The translations under genes were made by a program, and so were the position numbers. Of a stretch of DNA of 64,000 nucleotides, positions 20,822 through 31,522 are shown piece after piece. The stretch covers positions 7,963 to 71,962 of the forward strand of contig CACEAQ010000001.1 in the NCBI GenBank assembly GCA_902557605.1, in the 5' to 3' direction. Below the pieces are notes generated by a model, which searched no databases, had not been told where the DNA came from, and saw only the letters and a program-made list of their open reading frames with translations. Numbering within the stretch: position 1 is the stretch's first letter; each line of letters starts with the position of its first letter. The DNA comes from an uncultured Pelagibacteraceae bacterium (GTDB lineage Bacteria > Pseudomonadota > Alphaproteobacteria > Pelagibacterales > Pelagibacteraceae).

Positions 20822-21916
20822 ATGGAAGTACAAAAAACAGCTTTATATAATTATCATAAAAACCTAGGGGCAAAATTTGTTCCATTTGCTGGCTATGAAA
20901 TGCCTATCCAATATAAAGATGGCATTGTTAAGGAACATATTTCTACTAGGTCTCACGCTGGATTTTTTGATGTGTCACATATGGGACAATTTTTTTTAGA
21001 AGGGGATGAAACATTAATAGAGTCTTTAGAAAAAATTATTCCAGCAGATTTAAAAAATTTGAAAGTTAACCATTCGAAATATTCTTTTTTATTAAATAAC
21101 GAAGGTGGAATAATTGATGATTTAATTATTACAAGAACAGAAAAAGGTTTTTGTATAATCTTAAATGCAGCCTGTAAGGAAAATGATATTAAACAAATTT
21201 CACAATTTTTAAAAAAAAATCATAAACATCTTTTAAACAATGACTTATCTTTAATAGCGTTACAAGGACCCAAATCTGTTGAGATTTTAGAAAAATTAAT
21301 TCCGGGTGTTGCTAATTTAAAATTTATGACAGGAAGTAATTTTGAGTATGAAGGTGAAAATCTTTATGTAACAAGATCTGGATATACAGGTGAAGATGGT
21401 TTTGAAATCTCAATTTCAAACACAAAAGTTGAAAAGCTCATCGATTACTTAATTTCAAATGAAGTTAAACCGATAGGTTTAGGAGCTAGAGATACATTAA
21501 GATTAGAGGCGGGTCTGTGTTTATATGGTCATGATTTAAATGAAAAAATAAACCCAGTAGAGGCTAATTTAAAATGGGCTATAGCAAAAAAAAGAAGAGA
21601 AGTTGGCGGCTTTAATGGATGGGAAAAAATAAAAAATTTATTAGCGAACGGAAGTGAAAAAATTAGAGTTGGTATAAAACCAGACGGAAAAGTTATTGCT
21701 AGAGAAAATACGAAAATCTTTTCGTCTGATAATAATGAAATAGGATTCGTTACAAGTGGCACTTTTGGCCCGAGTGTGAACGCTCCAGTTGCAATGGGGT
21801 ATGTGAAATCTGAATTTTCTGAAATCGGTACATCTATTCAGCTTGAAGTTAGAGGAAAAAAATATGGGGGTAAAATTTCTGAACTTCCATTTTATAAAAA
21901 AAGTTATGTTAAATAA
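20822..21916 (+). CDS. gcvT: Glycine cleavage aminomethyltransferase
   Basis: FDVSHMG, IALQGP, TRSGYTGEDGFEI, GLGARDTLRLEAG. Confidence 0.97.
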   Translation: MEVQKTALYNYHKNLGAKFVPFAGYEMPIQYKDGIVKEHISTRSHAGFFDVSHMGQFFLEGDETLIESLEKIIPADLKNLKVNHSKYSFLLNNEGGIIDDLIITRTEKGFCIILNAACKENDIKQISQFLKKNHKHLLNNDLSLIALQGPKSVEILEKLIPGVANLKFMTGSNFEYEGENLYVTRSGYTGEDGFEISISNTKVEKLIDYLISNEVKPIGLGARDTLRLEAGLCLYGHDLNEKINPVEANLKWAIAKKRREVGGFNGWEKIKNLLANGSEKIRVGIKPDGKVIARENTKIFSSDNNEIGFVTSGTFGPSVNAPVAMGYVKSEFSEIGTSIQLEVRGKKYGGKISELPFYKKSYVK

Positions 21917-21927
21917 GGTAAACAAAT

Positions 21928-22308
21928 ATGAGTGAAAAAAAATTTTCTAAAAAACATGAATGGGTTTTATTAGACGGTGACATGGCTACAGTTGGAATAA
22001 CTAAACACGCAACTGAGATGCTCGGTGATATTGTTTTTGTGGAGGTGCCTGATGCAGGTAAAGCTGTAGAAAAAGAGGGTCAAGCAGCTGTTGTAGAGTC
22101 TACTAAAGCTGCGAGTGATGTTTATTCTCCTATTTCTGGGGAAATTACTGAGGGAAATAAAGCTATTGCAGATGATCCAGGTAGCGTTAATACAGATCCT
22201 GAAGGAGCTAGCTGGTTTTTTAAGTTAAAGATAAAGGATAAAAGTGAGTATGACTCACTTATGTCAAAAGACGAATATGATAAATTTTGTAAGGAGAACC
22301 CAAGTTAA
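21928..22308 (+). CDS. gcvH: Glycine cleavage H protein
   Basis: HEW, LGDIVFV, lipoyl-Lys motif VESTKAASD. Confidence 0.97.
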   Translation: MSEKKFSKKHEWVLLDGDMATVGITKHATEMLGDIVFVEVPDAGKAVEKEGQAAVVESTKAASDVYSPISGEITEGNKAIADDPGSVNTDPEGASWFFKLKIKDKSEYDSLMSKDEYDKFCKENPS

Positions 22309-25176
22309 ATGATTGACGACAATTCAAAAGAATTTATTAAAAGGCACATTGGCCCTTCTGATGAAGATCAATCCAAAATGTTGCAATACGTTGGGTACAA
22401 ATCATTAGAGGATCTAATGAGCAATACTGTGCCAGAAAAAATTTTATTAAAAGATGATCTTAAAATCGATCAGCCTATGTCAGAAAATGACGCTTTAAAA
22501 AAATTAAAATCTATATCTAAAAAAAATAAAATCTTTAAAAATTTTATTGGAATGGGATACTATAATTCTATTACACCTAATGTAATTCTTAGAAATATTT
22601 TAGAAAATCCAGGATGGTATACATCTTATACACCTTACCAACCTGAAGTGGCGCAAGGTCGTCTTGAAATGCTTTTAAATTTTCAACAATCAATAATTGA
22701 CTTAACGGGCATGGATATAGCTAATGCTTCTTTGTTAGATGAAGCAACAGCAACAGCAGAAGCAGTAGGTTTAAGCCAGAGATTAGATAAGACTAATTCA
22801 AAAAAAATATTTATTTCAAGCAATTGTAATCCTCAGACAATTGATCTGATAAAGACTAGAACAAATCCTTTTGGTTTAGAATTGATCATTGGTGATGAAA
22901 AAAAAGAGCTTTCAAAAATTAATGAAGATATAATTTGCGGTGTTTTATCTTATCCGGGAACTTTAGGTGAGATAAACGATCCTAGTGAAAGCATCAGTCA
23001 AATTCACAAAAAAAACGGAAAAGCTATTTTGGTTTGTGACTTATTGGCTTTAGCTAGATTAAAAACTCCAGCTGAACTTGGAGCTGACATTGCTGTCGGT
23101 AGTGCTCAAAGATTTGGTATTCCAATGGGTTACGGCGGGCCTCATGCTGCATTTTTTGCTACAAAAGAGGAATTTAAAAGATCAATGCCAGGAAGAATAA
23201 TAGGCGTTTCAAAAGATAGACACGGAAAAAAAGCTTACAGGCTTTCTTTACAAACTAGGGAGCAACACATTCGAAGAGATAAAGCAACAAGTAATATTTG
23301 CACTGCCCAAGCTTTATTGGCTATCATTTCTGCTGCTTTTGCAATTTATCATGGACCTGAGGGAATACTTAAAATTGCGAATAGAACTTCTAAATTAGCA
23401 AAAATCTTTGCTGATAATATTAAAGCAAGCGGTTATCATATTCTATCAGATCATTTCTTCGATACTGTTACGATTAAAACCAATGAAAAAACAAATCCTA
23501 TTTTTGAGGCTGCATTAAAAGAGAATATAAACCTTAGAAAAGTTGATAAAGATCATTTATCTGTTGCGTTTGATGAAGCAAAAAAACTTGACGATGTAAA
23601 CTTATTGTTAAAAATATTTAAAATAACTAAAGTAATTAAACAAGACGTTAAGGTTGAACTAGATAATCTTCCAAAAAATCTTTTAAGAACTTCAAAATAC
23701 TTAACTCATCCAGTATTTAACAAATACCATTCTGAAACTGAGATGCTAAGATATCTAAAGAAACTAGAAGATTGTGATATTGCACTTAATAGATCAATGA
23801 TTGCTTTAGGATCTTGTACAATGAAGCTAAATGCAACAGCAGAATTAATTCCTATTACTTGGAAAGAGTTTTCACTTCCACATCCTTTTGTTCCTACAAA
23901 TCAAATGGAGGGTTATAAGATTCTTTTTAATGATCTGATAAATGATCTGAAAGAAATTACTGGATATGACGCAGTTTCTTTACAGCCTAACTCTGGAGCC
24001 CAAGGAGAGTATGCAGGTCTAATGACTATAAGAAAATTCCATAAAAATAATAAACAAGAAAACCGTAACGTTTGTCTAATTCCGGACTCAGCTCATGGAA
24101 CTAATCCAGCAAGTGCCCAAATGTGTGGGATGAAAGTGGTTGTAGTCAATTGTGATGAAGATGGAAACGTGGATATAGACGACCTTAAAAATAAAGCTGA
24201 AAAACACTCAAAAGACTTAGCTGCTTTAATGGTTACTTACCCCTCTACTCATGGAGTATTTGAAGAAAAAATTATGGATATTTGTGAAGTAATTCATAAG
24301 CATGGCGGACAAGTTTATATGGATGGAGCAAATCTAAATGCACTTGTGGGTGTTGCAAAACCAGGGAAATTTGGACCGGATGTTTGTCATATTAATTTAC
24401 ATAAAACATTTTGCATACCTCACGGTGGAGGCGGACCAGGAATGGGTCCAATTGCTTGCGCTAAACACTTAGCAGATTTTTTACCAACACACGATATTAT
24501 TAAAGAAGCTGGCCCTAAGAATGGAATGGGTGCTGTATCAGCTGCTCCTTGGGGCAGCTCAAGTATACTTCCAATATCTTGGATGTATATAAAAATGATG
24601 GGTGCTGAAGGATTGAAAAAAGCCTCACAAGTTTCAATTTTAAATGCAAATTATATCTCAAAAAAATTATCAAAAGATTATAAAGTTCTTTATACTGGTA
24701 AAAATGGAAATGTTGCACATGAATGCATAATTGATATCCGACCAATCAAAGCTCGCTCAGGTATCTCTGAGGAGGATTTAGCAAAAAGACTAATTGACTT
24801 TGGCTACCATGCTCCAACAATGTCATGGCCTGTTGCCGGTACAATTATGATTGAACCAACTGAAAGTGAAAATTTAGAGGAGATTGATAAATTTTGTAAT
24901 GCACTTATAAAAATTAAAAAAGAAATTAACTTAGTGGAGTCATCAAAATTTGACAAAATAGATAACCCGTTAAAAAATGCACCTCATACTTATGTCGAAT
25001 TAGCTTCAAGTGAGTGGAAGCACGCTTACTCAAGAGAGGAAGCAGCTTTTCCCACTGAGTATGTAAAAAATAATAAATATTGGGCACCAGTTGCTAGAGT
25101 AGATAACGTTTTTGGAGATAGAAATTTAGTATGTTCATGTCCTTCAATGGATGAATATAAAGATGAAGCTGCTTAA
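22309..25176 (+). CDS. gcvP: Glycine dehydrogenase (decarboxylating)
   Basis: YTPYQPE, ASLLDE, KATSNICTAQ, PLP-Lys motif HINLHKTF. Confidence 0.97.
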   Translation: MIDDNSKEFIKRHIGPSDEDQSKMLQYVGYKSLEDLMSNTVPEKILLKDDLKIDQPMSENDALKKLKSISKKNKIFKNFIGMGYYNSITPNVILRNILENPGWYTSYTPYQPEVAQGRLEMLLNFQQSIIDLTGMDIANASLLDEATATAEAVGLSQRLDKTNSKKIFISSNCNPQTIDLIKTRTNPFGLELIIGDEKKELSKINEDIICGVLSYPGTLGEINDPSESISQIHKKNGKAILVCDLLALARLKTPAELGADIAVGSAQRFGIPMGYGGPHAAFFATKEEFKRSMPGRIIGVSKDRHGKKAYRLSLQTREQHIRRDKATSNICTAQALLAIISAAFAIYHGPEGILKIANRTSKLAKIFADNIKASGYHILSDHFFDTVTIKTNEKTNPIFEAALKENINLRKVDKDHLSVAFDEAKKLDDVNLLLKIFKITKVIKQDVKVELDNLPKNLLRTSKYLTHPVFNKYHSETEMLRYLKKLEDCDIALNRSMIALGSCTMKLNATAELIPITWKEFSLPHPFVPTNQMEGYKILFNDLINDLKEITGYDAVSLQPNSGAQGEYAGLMTIRKFHKNNKQENRNVCLIPDSAHGTNPASAQMCGMKVVVVNCDEDGNVDIDDLKNKAEKHSKDLAALMVTYPSTHGVFEEKIMDICEVIHKHGGQVYMDGANLNALVGVAKPGKFGPDVCHINLHKTFCIPHGGGGPGMGPIACAKHLADFLPTHDIIKEAGPKNGMGAVSAAPWGSSSILPISWMYIKMMGAEGLKKASQVSILNANYISKKLSKDYKVLYTGKNGNVAHECIIDIRPIKARSGISEEDLAKRLIDFGYHAPTMSWPVAGTIMIEPTESENLEEIDKFCNALIKIKKEINLVESSKFDKIDNPLKNAPHTYVELASSEWKHAYSREEAAFPTEYVKNNKYWAPVARVDNVFGDRNLVCSCPSMDEYKDEAA

Positions 25177-25185
25177 CCTTTTTTA

Positions 25186-26412
25186 ATGAAAATTGCTGTT
25201 ATCGGCTCAGGTATCTCAGGATTATCTTCTGCATATTTTCTCTCAAAAAAATATAAAGTTGATCTATACGAAAAAGACGATCACTTCGGAGGTCATTCCT
25301 TTACCTACGAGATAAAAGAAGATGACAAGATTGTTCCAGTTGATTTAGGCTTTATTGTTTTTAATGAAGTTACTTATCCAAATTTAGTAAATTTTTTTAA
25401 TGAATTAAAAGTTCCTTATGAAAAAAGCGACATGTCATTTTCTGTATCAATTAAGAATAGTAATGTTGAATATAGTGGAAGTGGTTTAGGAGGTATTTTT
25501 GCTAATAAATCAAATTTTCTTAATTTGAAATTTTTAAATATGATTAGAGAGATAATTTCATTTTATAAAACTGTTCCAAAATTACTTAAAAGTGAAATTA
25601 AAGAGGAGACACTAGGAAATTTTCTCAATAAAAAAAAGTTATCAAAATACTTCATCGAGTATCACTTAATTCCCATGGTTGCTGCTATCTGGTCAATGCC
25701 ATTTAATAAAGCAAAGGAAATGCCATTAAAATTTTTTTTAAATTTTTTTACTAATCATGGTTTGTTTAAATTTAAAAATAGACCGCAATGGTACACAGTT
25801 TCAAATAGAAGTAGAGCTTATGTAAAAAAAGTAACAGATAAAATTAGTGGAGAAATTTTTAAAAATTATAAAGTGGATAAGTTAATTAGAAGCGATGACA
25901 ATATCAGGGTAATTATTGGTAATGAATATGTTGACTACGATCAAGTAGTTCTAGCTTCCCATGCAGACCAAAGTTTAAGAATGATAGAAAAACCAACAGA
26001 ACTAGAAAAAAATATATTGGAAAAATTTAATTACGTGAATAATGAAGCTTATTTACATACTGATAAGAGATTAATGCCTAACAAAAAAAGAGCCTGGTCT
26101 AGTTGGAATTCTGTTTCAGATGGAGAAAAGACATGTATAACCTATTGGTTAAATAAACTACAAAACTTAGATACATCTAAAGACTATTTTTTAACTTTAA
26201 ACCCTATTTCTAAAATTATTGAAAATTCTATTATAAAAAAAGTTAATTTTACACACCCATATTTGAATTCAAAGAATACTGCACTTCAAAAAGATCTAAC
26301 ATTAATACAAGGAAAAAAAAGAACTTGGTTTTGTGGAAGTTATTTTGGTTACGGATTTCATGAAGATGGATTAAAATCATCTATAGATTTGATAAATAAC
26401 TTTAAAATTTGA
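25186..26412 (+). CDS. FAD-dependent oxidoreductase (UfaD/RSP1091-like fatty acid desaturase family)
   Basis: IGSGISG, VDLGFIVFN..TYPN, SDMSFS, AWSSWN, GYGFHEDG; neighbours DUF1365 and cfa. Confidence 0.85.
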   Translation: MKIAVIGSGISGLSSAYFLSKKYKVDLYEKDDHFGGHSFTYEIKEDDKIVPVDLGFIVFNEVTYPNLVNFFNELKVPYEKSDMSFSVSIKNSNVEYSGSGLGGIFANKSNFLNLKFLNMIREIISFYKTVPKLLKSEIKEETLGNFLNKKKLSKYFIEYHLIPMVAAIWSMPFNKAKEMPLKFFLNFFTNHGLFKFKNRPQWYTVSNRSRAYVKKVTDKISGEIFKNYKVDKLIRSDDNIRVIIGNEYVDYDQVVLASHADQSLRMIEKPTELEKNILEKFNYVNNEAYLHTDKRLMPNKKRAWSSWNSVSDGEKTCITYWLNKLQNLDTSKDYFLTLNPISKIIENSIIKKVNFTHPYLNSKNTALQKDLTLIQGKKRTWFCGSYFGYGFHEDGLKSSIDLINNFKI

Positions 26413-27170
26413 TGAACTCCTGCATTTACAACGGTGAAGTAACTCATACAAGATTTAAACCTGTAAGACATTTTTTAAAATACAAAACTTTTTCATTATT
26501 AATTGATTTAGATGAAATCAATCAATTAGACAGTACAATAAATATTTTCTCTCATAATAAGTTTAACATTTTCAGCTTTTACGACAAAGATCATGGAGAA
26601 CGCGACGGAAGTGATTTAAAAGAGTGGGTTCTTAAAAACATTAGTAAGTTCAATATAAAAGGTGAAATTAATAAAGTTAAAATACTTTGTTATCCAAGAA
26701 TTTTTGGTTATGTGTTCAACCCTTTAAGTATTTTTTACTGTTATGAGCATAATAAATTGAGGGCAATTTTTTACGAAGTAAAAAATACTTTTAATGAGCA
26801 GCACACGTATATTTTTAAAATTAAAGATAATGAAGAAATAGCTCAAAAATGCAAAAAAAAGTTTTATGTTTCACCATTTATGGATATGGAAACTTACTAT
26901 AATTTTAGATTACTTAACCCAAGTAATAGACTCTCCGTCTTCATAAAACAAACAGACTCGATAGGATTAGTTTTAACAGCCACCCAAACAGGAGAGAGAA
27001 AAGAATTCAGCTCAAAACAACTCATGATTAACTTTTTAAAGTATCCCTTAATGACAATTAAAATTATTAGTTCGATACATTTTGAAGCATTACTTTTATG
27101 GAAAAAAGGGGCAATATACAGAAGAAGAAATACCAAATTAAAAAATAACTTAAGTTACGAGGAATATTAA
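26409..27170 (+). CDS. DUF1365 protein (UfaO/RSP1090-like)
   Basis: H.RF.P..H, PRIFGYVFNPLS, EVKNTF.EQH.Y, FYVSPF, IHFEAL.LW.KG. Confidence 0.9.
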   Translation: MMNSCIYNGEVTHTRFKPVRHFLKYKTFSLLIDLDEINQLDSTINIFSHNKFNIFSFYDKDHGERDGSDLKEWVLKNISKFNIKGEINKVKILCYPRIFGYVFNPLSIFYCYEHNKLRAIFYEVKNTFNEQHTYIFKIKDNEEIAQKCKKKFYVSPFMDMETYYNFRLLNPSNRLSVFIKQTDSIGLVLTATQTGERKEFSSKQLMINFLKYPLMTIKIISSIHFEALLLWKKGAIYRRRNTKLKNNLSYEEY

Positions 27171-28360
27171 TGAGTTTAATAAAAATTTCAGAAAAATTCG
27201 TCTTAAATAAATTGAAAAAAATTTCACAAGGAAATCTTAAGCTTATAAATTACGATGGAAAAGTTTTTCATTTTGGTGACTTAGAGAGCAAATTATCCTC
27301 AGATATCAAAATTAATAAACCCAATTTTTACCTAAATGTTATTTTGGGTGGAAGCTCAGCTTTAGGAGAAGCTCACATGAAAAAAGATTTTTATTCCTCA
27401 AATTTAACAAATTTAATTGAACTTACAGCGAGAAATATCAATACAATCTATTCTTTTTCAGGAAGTTTAAAATTACAAAAAATAAAAAATTTTCTAAAAA
27501 AAATATTTGCATCAAATACAAAATCTAAAAGCAAAAAATATATTTCAAAACATTATGATTTAGGGAATGAATTTTTTTCGTCATGGCTTGATAAATCTCT
27601 TACTTATTCTAGCGCAGTCTATAAAAATGAGAAAGATGATTTAGAAATCGCTCAAAGAAATAAATTTCAAGAGCTTATAAATTTAATGAATATAAAAGAT
27701 GGAAACAAGGTTTTAGAGATAGGGTGTGGTTGGGGTGGATTTGCAGAATTCTTAGCTAAAAATTATGATGTGAGTGTAGACTGTATCACAATTTCTAAAA
27801 ATCAATATGAGTTTACTAAAAAGAAGATTTTCAACTCAGGACTTAATAATAAAGTTAATGTTAAATTTTTAGATTACAGAGATCTCAAGGAAAAATATGA
27901 TCACGTAGCTTCAATAGAAATGATAGAAGCAGTTGGTGAAAAATATATGGACCAATATTTTGGTACAATAAAAAATGTTCTTAATTACGGGGGAACTGCT
28001 GCAATTCAAGGAATCGTGATAAAAGACGATTTATTTGAAAGATATAGAGCAAATGAGGATTTTATTCAAAAATATATATTTCCAGGCGGGTTTTTACCTT
28101 CAATTCAATTTATGGAGAATCTAATTCAAAAGAATGACCTAAAACTAGAAAAAATTAATACCTACTCAGATGATTATGCCAGAACTTTAGCAACTTGGAG
28201 AAAAAATTTTTTAGGTGCTTGGGAAAAAATTAGCCCACTTGGTTTTGACGAATATTTCAAGCGTATGTGGGAATTTTACTTATCTTATTGTGAAGGCGGT
28301 TTTAAATCTAGAAACATTAACTTGATTCAATTCTCTATGTCTAATAGATATTCCTCATGA
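27170..28360 (+). CDS. cfa: Cfa-family SAM-dependent fatty acid methyltransferase (UfaM-like)
   Basis: HYDLGNEFF, LEIGCGWGG, SIEMIEAVG, FIQKYIFPGG, RMWEFYLSYCE. Confidence 0.9.
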   Translation: MSLIKISEKFVLNKLKKISQGNLKLINYDGKVFHFGDLESKLSSDIKINKPNFYLNVILGGSSALGEAHMKKDFYSSNLTNLIELTARNINTIYSFSGSLKLQKIKNFLKKIFASNTKSKSKKYISKHYDLGNEFFSSWLDKSLTYSSAVYKNEKDDLEIAQRNKFQELINLMNIKDGNKVLEIGCGWGGFAEFLAKNYDVSVDCITISKNQYEFTKKKIFNSGLNNKVNVKFLDYRDLKEKYDHVASIEMIEAVGEKYMDQYFGTIKNVLNYGGTAAIQGIVIKDDLFERYRANEDFIQKYIFPGGFLPSIQFMENLIQKNDLKLEKINTYSDDYARTLATWRKNFLGAWEKISPLGFDEYFKRMWEFYLSYCEGGFKSRNINLIQFSMSNRYSS

Positions 28361-28881
28361 AAAAATTTATAGTATTATTTTTACTAATTTTAACAGCAGG
28401 ATGTGCAAATAAAATGAAACCGACAGATTTTAAAGATCAAAAACCAAGATTAGTCATCGAAGATTATTTATCTGGTAATGTCAAAGCTTGGGGAGTATTA
28501 CAAAATAGATCTGGAGAAGTTACGAGACAATTTAAAGCTGATTTAAACGGAAAATGGGATGGTTCTCAATTAATTTTAGACGAAGTTTTTGATTGGAATG
28601 ATGGGGAAAGACAAACTCGTCAATGGACTATAAAAAAAATTGATGAACATAACTATGAAGGAACAGCCTCTGATGTAGTTGGAACAGCTAAAGGATATTC
28701 ATACGGCCCAGCTTTTAAATTTGAATATGTATTACTGGTGCCGGTTAAAGGAAAAAATATTAAAATTACTTTTGACGATTGGATTTTCATGCAGGATGAT
28801 CGCGTGGCAATAAACAGAGCGACAATGACTAAATTTGGAATTAAAGTAGCAGAATTAACCGTAATGTTTGTAAAAGATTGA
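28357..28881 (+). CDS. DUF3833 lipoprotein
   Basis: Lipobox TAGC, AWG, TASDVVG, FDDW, KFGIKV. Confidence 0.85.
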   Translation: MKKFIVLFLLILTAGCANKMKPTDFKDQKPRLVIEDYLSGNVKAWGVLQNRSGEVTRQFKADLNGKWDGSQLILDEVFDWNDGERQTRQWTIKKIDEHNYEGTASDVVGTAKGYSYGPAFKFEYVLLVPVKGKNIKITFDDWIFMQDDRVAINRATMTKFGIKVAELTVMFVKD

Positions 28882-28882
28882 T

Positions 28883-29467
28883 ATGTTTGAACTTCCTAAA
28901 TTAGATTACAGTAATTCAGCTCTTTCTCCAATAATGTCAGAGCAAACTATGGATTTACATCATGGCAAACATCATCAAACATATATTACAAATCTAAATA
29001 ACTTTATAAAAGGTTCTGATTATGAAAAATTATCTTTGGAAGATATAATTAAAAAATCATCAAATGAAAAAAAAGCAGGAATTTTCAACAATGCAAGCCA
29101 ACATTGGAATCACAATCTTTTTTGGAAGTGTATGAAACCTAATGGCGGAGGAAAAGTTCCATCCAAGCTTGAAAATAAGATTAAAGAAGATTTTGGAGGC
29201 TTTGAAAAATTTAGGGAGGAATTTATAAATGCTGGAGTTACTCAGTTTGGATCTGGATGGTGTTGGTTGTCTTTAAAAGAAGATAAGCTTGTAGTAATTA
29301 AATCACCGAATGCTGAAAACCCAATAATTCACAATATGAAACCTATATTAGGTTGTGATGTGTGGGAGCACTCATATTACTTAGATTATAGAAATAAAAG
29401 ACCAGCTTATATAGAAAATTTTTTTGATAAATTAATCAATTGGGAATACGTTGACTCTCTTCTTTAA
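28883..29467 (+). CDS. sodB: Fe/Mn superoxide dismutase (Fe-type signature)
   Basis: HHGKHHQTY, NNASQHWNH, FGSGW, DVWEHSYY. Confidence 0.93.
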   Translation: MFELPKLDYSNSALSPIMSEQTMDLHHGKHHQTYITNLNNFIKGSDYEKLSLEDIIKKSSNEKKAGIFNNASQHWNHNLFWKCMKPNGGGKVPSKLENKIKEDFGGFEKFREEFINAGVTQFGSGWCWLSLKEDKLVVIKSPNAENPIIHNMKPILGCDVWEHSYYLDYRNKRPAYIENFFDKLINWEYVDSLL

Positions 29468-30220
29468 TTATCGTTTAACAAGTTTATCTACTAAAAATAA
29501 ATAAAGTCTATAAGGTAATATTCTTAAAAATTTTAAAGTTAAAGTTAAACCTTTTGGGAAATGAATTTCAAAAGCATTTCCTTTCACCAAGCCATTATAA
29601 ATTTTATCTGCAGCATATTCAGGAGTTTTTAAAAATGGCATAGGAAACTCATTTTTATCGGTCAAAGGAGTTTTGATGAAACCTGGTGATACAACTGAGA
29701 CTCTCACTCCAAATTTTTTAAAATCAAAGTAAATACTTTCGCTAAAATTAGTTAGAGCAGCTTTTGAAGGACCATAACCGCTTGAATTTGGTAGACCTCT
29801 GTAACCAGCAATCGAGGAAACTATCGAAATGTGTCCAGATTTCTTATTTTTAAAATAATCTTCAACAACTTTTACGCAATCAATAACTCCTAAAAAATTA
29901 ACATTAATTACATTTTTAATTTTATCTGGATCTATATTTTGCTCATCTTTTGGCTCGTAAGTTCCACTGGAGAATAAACAAATGTCAATATCACCAAAAG
30001 TATTTAAAACATCTTTAAAAACATTATTTATTTGGGATTGGTTGGTTACATCCAGGGGAAATGAACTTATATTGTTATGTTTAGCTAACTCATCTAAAAG
30101 TTCTTTTCTTCTTGCAGATACAGCAACTTTCCATCCCTCGTTGGCAAATCTTTCAGCTACTGCTTTTCCAATTCCGCTACTCGCACCTGTGATCCATATT
30201 TTTTTCTGATTTTCGGACAT
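29468..30220 (-). CDS. Short-chain dehydrogenase/reductase
   Basis: TGASSGIG, SSIAG, YGPSK (YxxxK), PGFIKTP. Confidence 0.9.
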   Translation of the reverse strand: MSENQKKIWITGASSGIGKAVAERFANEGWKVAVSARRKELLDELAKHNNISSFPLDVTNQSQINNVFKDVLNTFGDIDICLFSSGTYEPKDEQNIDPDKIKNVINVNFLGVIDCVKVVEDYFKNKKSGHISIVSSIAGYRGLPNSSGYGPSKAALTNFSESIYFDFKKFGVRVSVVSPGFIKTPLTDKNEFPMPFLKTPEYAADKIYNGLVKGNAFEIHFPKGLTLTLKFLRILPYRLYLFLVDKLVKR

Positions 30221-30241
30221 AAATTAGTTATACCTTAATTT

Positions 30242-30706
30242 ATGACTAAGAATAAATATTTATCTCTTACATTCATTCTTTTAATAACGTTTTTGGCATC
30301 TGGAATTGGCGGATTTACTACTTCGACTTTTAAAGAGCCTTGGTATTCTCAGATAATTCTTCCAAGTTTTAATCCTCCGAGCTGGGTGTTTGGGCCTGTA
30401 TGGACAATTTTGTATATCTTAATGTCAGTAGCAATTTGGCGTATATGGATAAATTATTATGATAAAAAAATTTTAAACTTATATTTTTTACACCTTTTTT
30501 TTAATATGATTTGGAGCATTATCTTTTTTGGTTTTCATCAAATAGGACTAGCTTTGTTAGATTTAATTATAATTATCATATTTATTGTGCTCTTAATGAA
30601 AATTTATTATTTGAAGGATAAGATTAGTTTTTCTCTAATGGTTCCTTACTTTTTATGGAGCACATACGCTTTAATTTTAAATTTTAATATTTTTATTTTA
30701 AATTAA
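30242..30706 (+). CDS. tspO: TspO/MBR tryptophan-rich sensory protein
   Basis: WY...PSFNPPSWVFGPVWT.LY, WS..FFG, PYFLW. Confidence 0.93.
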   Translation: MTKNKYLSLTFILLITFLASGIGGFTTSTFKEPWYSQIILPSFNPPSWVFGPVWTILYILMSVAIWRIWINYYDKKILNLYFLHLFFNMIWSIIFFGFHQIGLALLDLIIIIIFIVLLMKIYYLKDKISFSLMVPYFLWSTYALILNFNIFILN

Positions 30707-30724
30707 ATTAAGTTATATACACGC

Positions 30725-31522
30725 ATGAACTACAAAAAAACTTTTAATTTTTTAAGATCTTTACCTGCAAAATTAAATTTATTTTACAAAAAAAAATCGA
30801 AATCTGGAATTAAAGTAAATAATAAATCAAAAAATAAGAAAGATTTTGATCCAGTAACTAATTTTGATAAATCATTTGAAAAATATATAAGATCATTAAT
30901 TTTAAAAAAATTCCCTAAAGATTCTATTATTGGAGAAGAGTTTGACGATAAAAAATCTGATAATCATTTTCAATGGTCAATTGACCCGATAGACGGTACA
31001 AGAGCTTTTGTTATTGGAGCTCCTACTTGGTCTAACTTAATAGGTCTATCTTTTAACGAAAAATCAAAAATTGGTTTAGCCAATTTTCCAGAATTAAATA
31101 AATTTTACATAAATGATCAAAAAAAATCCTATATTTTTAAAAATAATAAAAAAAAAATTATTAAATCGTCTAATAATAATAATTTAAAAACAGTAAAAAT
31201 TATTGGAAACTTTCATGGGACCTTAAGCTATGAAAGACAAAGAAAAGTTATAAAGAAATTCGGATGGTCATTTAGGTTAGCTGGATTTGATGCTTTAAAT
31301 TATTGTTTATTAGCAGAAGGAACAGTAGATGCTGTAATAGAAGCTAACTTAAAGCCTTATGATATTCTACCTTTAATACCTATCATCAAAAATTCAGGCG
31401 CAATAGTAACTAACTGGAAAAATGAACCCGCAGAAATAGGGGGCAATATTATTGCTTCATCTAATAAAGCTTTACATAGCAAGATTCTGAGATTATTAAA
31501 ACCTTTTACTAAAAATGATTAA
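30725..31522 (+). CDS. Inositol monophosphatase family, HisN-like histidinol-phosphate phosphatase
   Basis: DPVT..D, IIGEE, IDPIDGTRAF, LKPYD. Confidence 0.75.
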   Translation: MNYKKTFNFLRSLPAKLNLFYKKKSKSGIKVNNKSKNKKDFDPVTNFDKSFEKYIRSLILKKFPKDSIIGEEFDDKKSDNHFQWSIDPIDGTRAFVIGAPTWSNLIGLSFNEKSKIGLANFPELNKFYINDQKKSYIFKNNKKKIIKSSNNNNLKTVKIIGNFHGTLSYERQRKVIKKFGWSFRLAGFDALNYCLLAEGTVDAVIEANLKPYDILPLIPIIKNSGAIVTNWKNEPAEIGGNIIASSNKALHSKILRLLKPFTKND

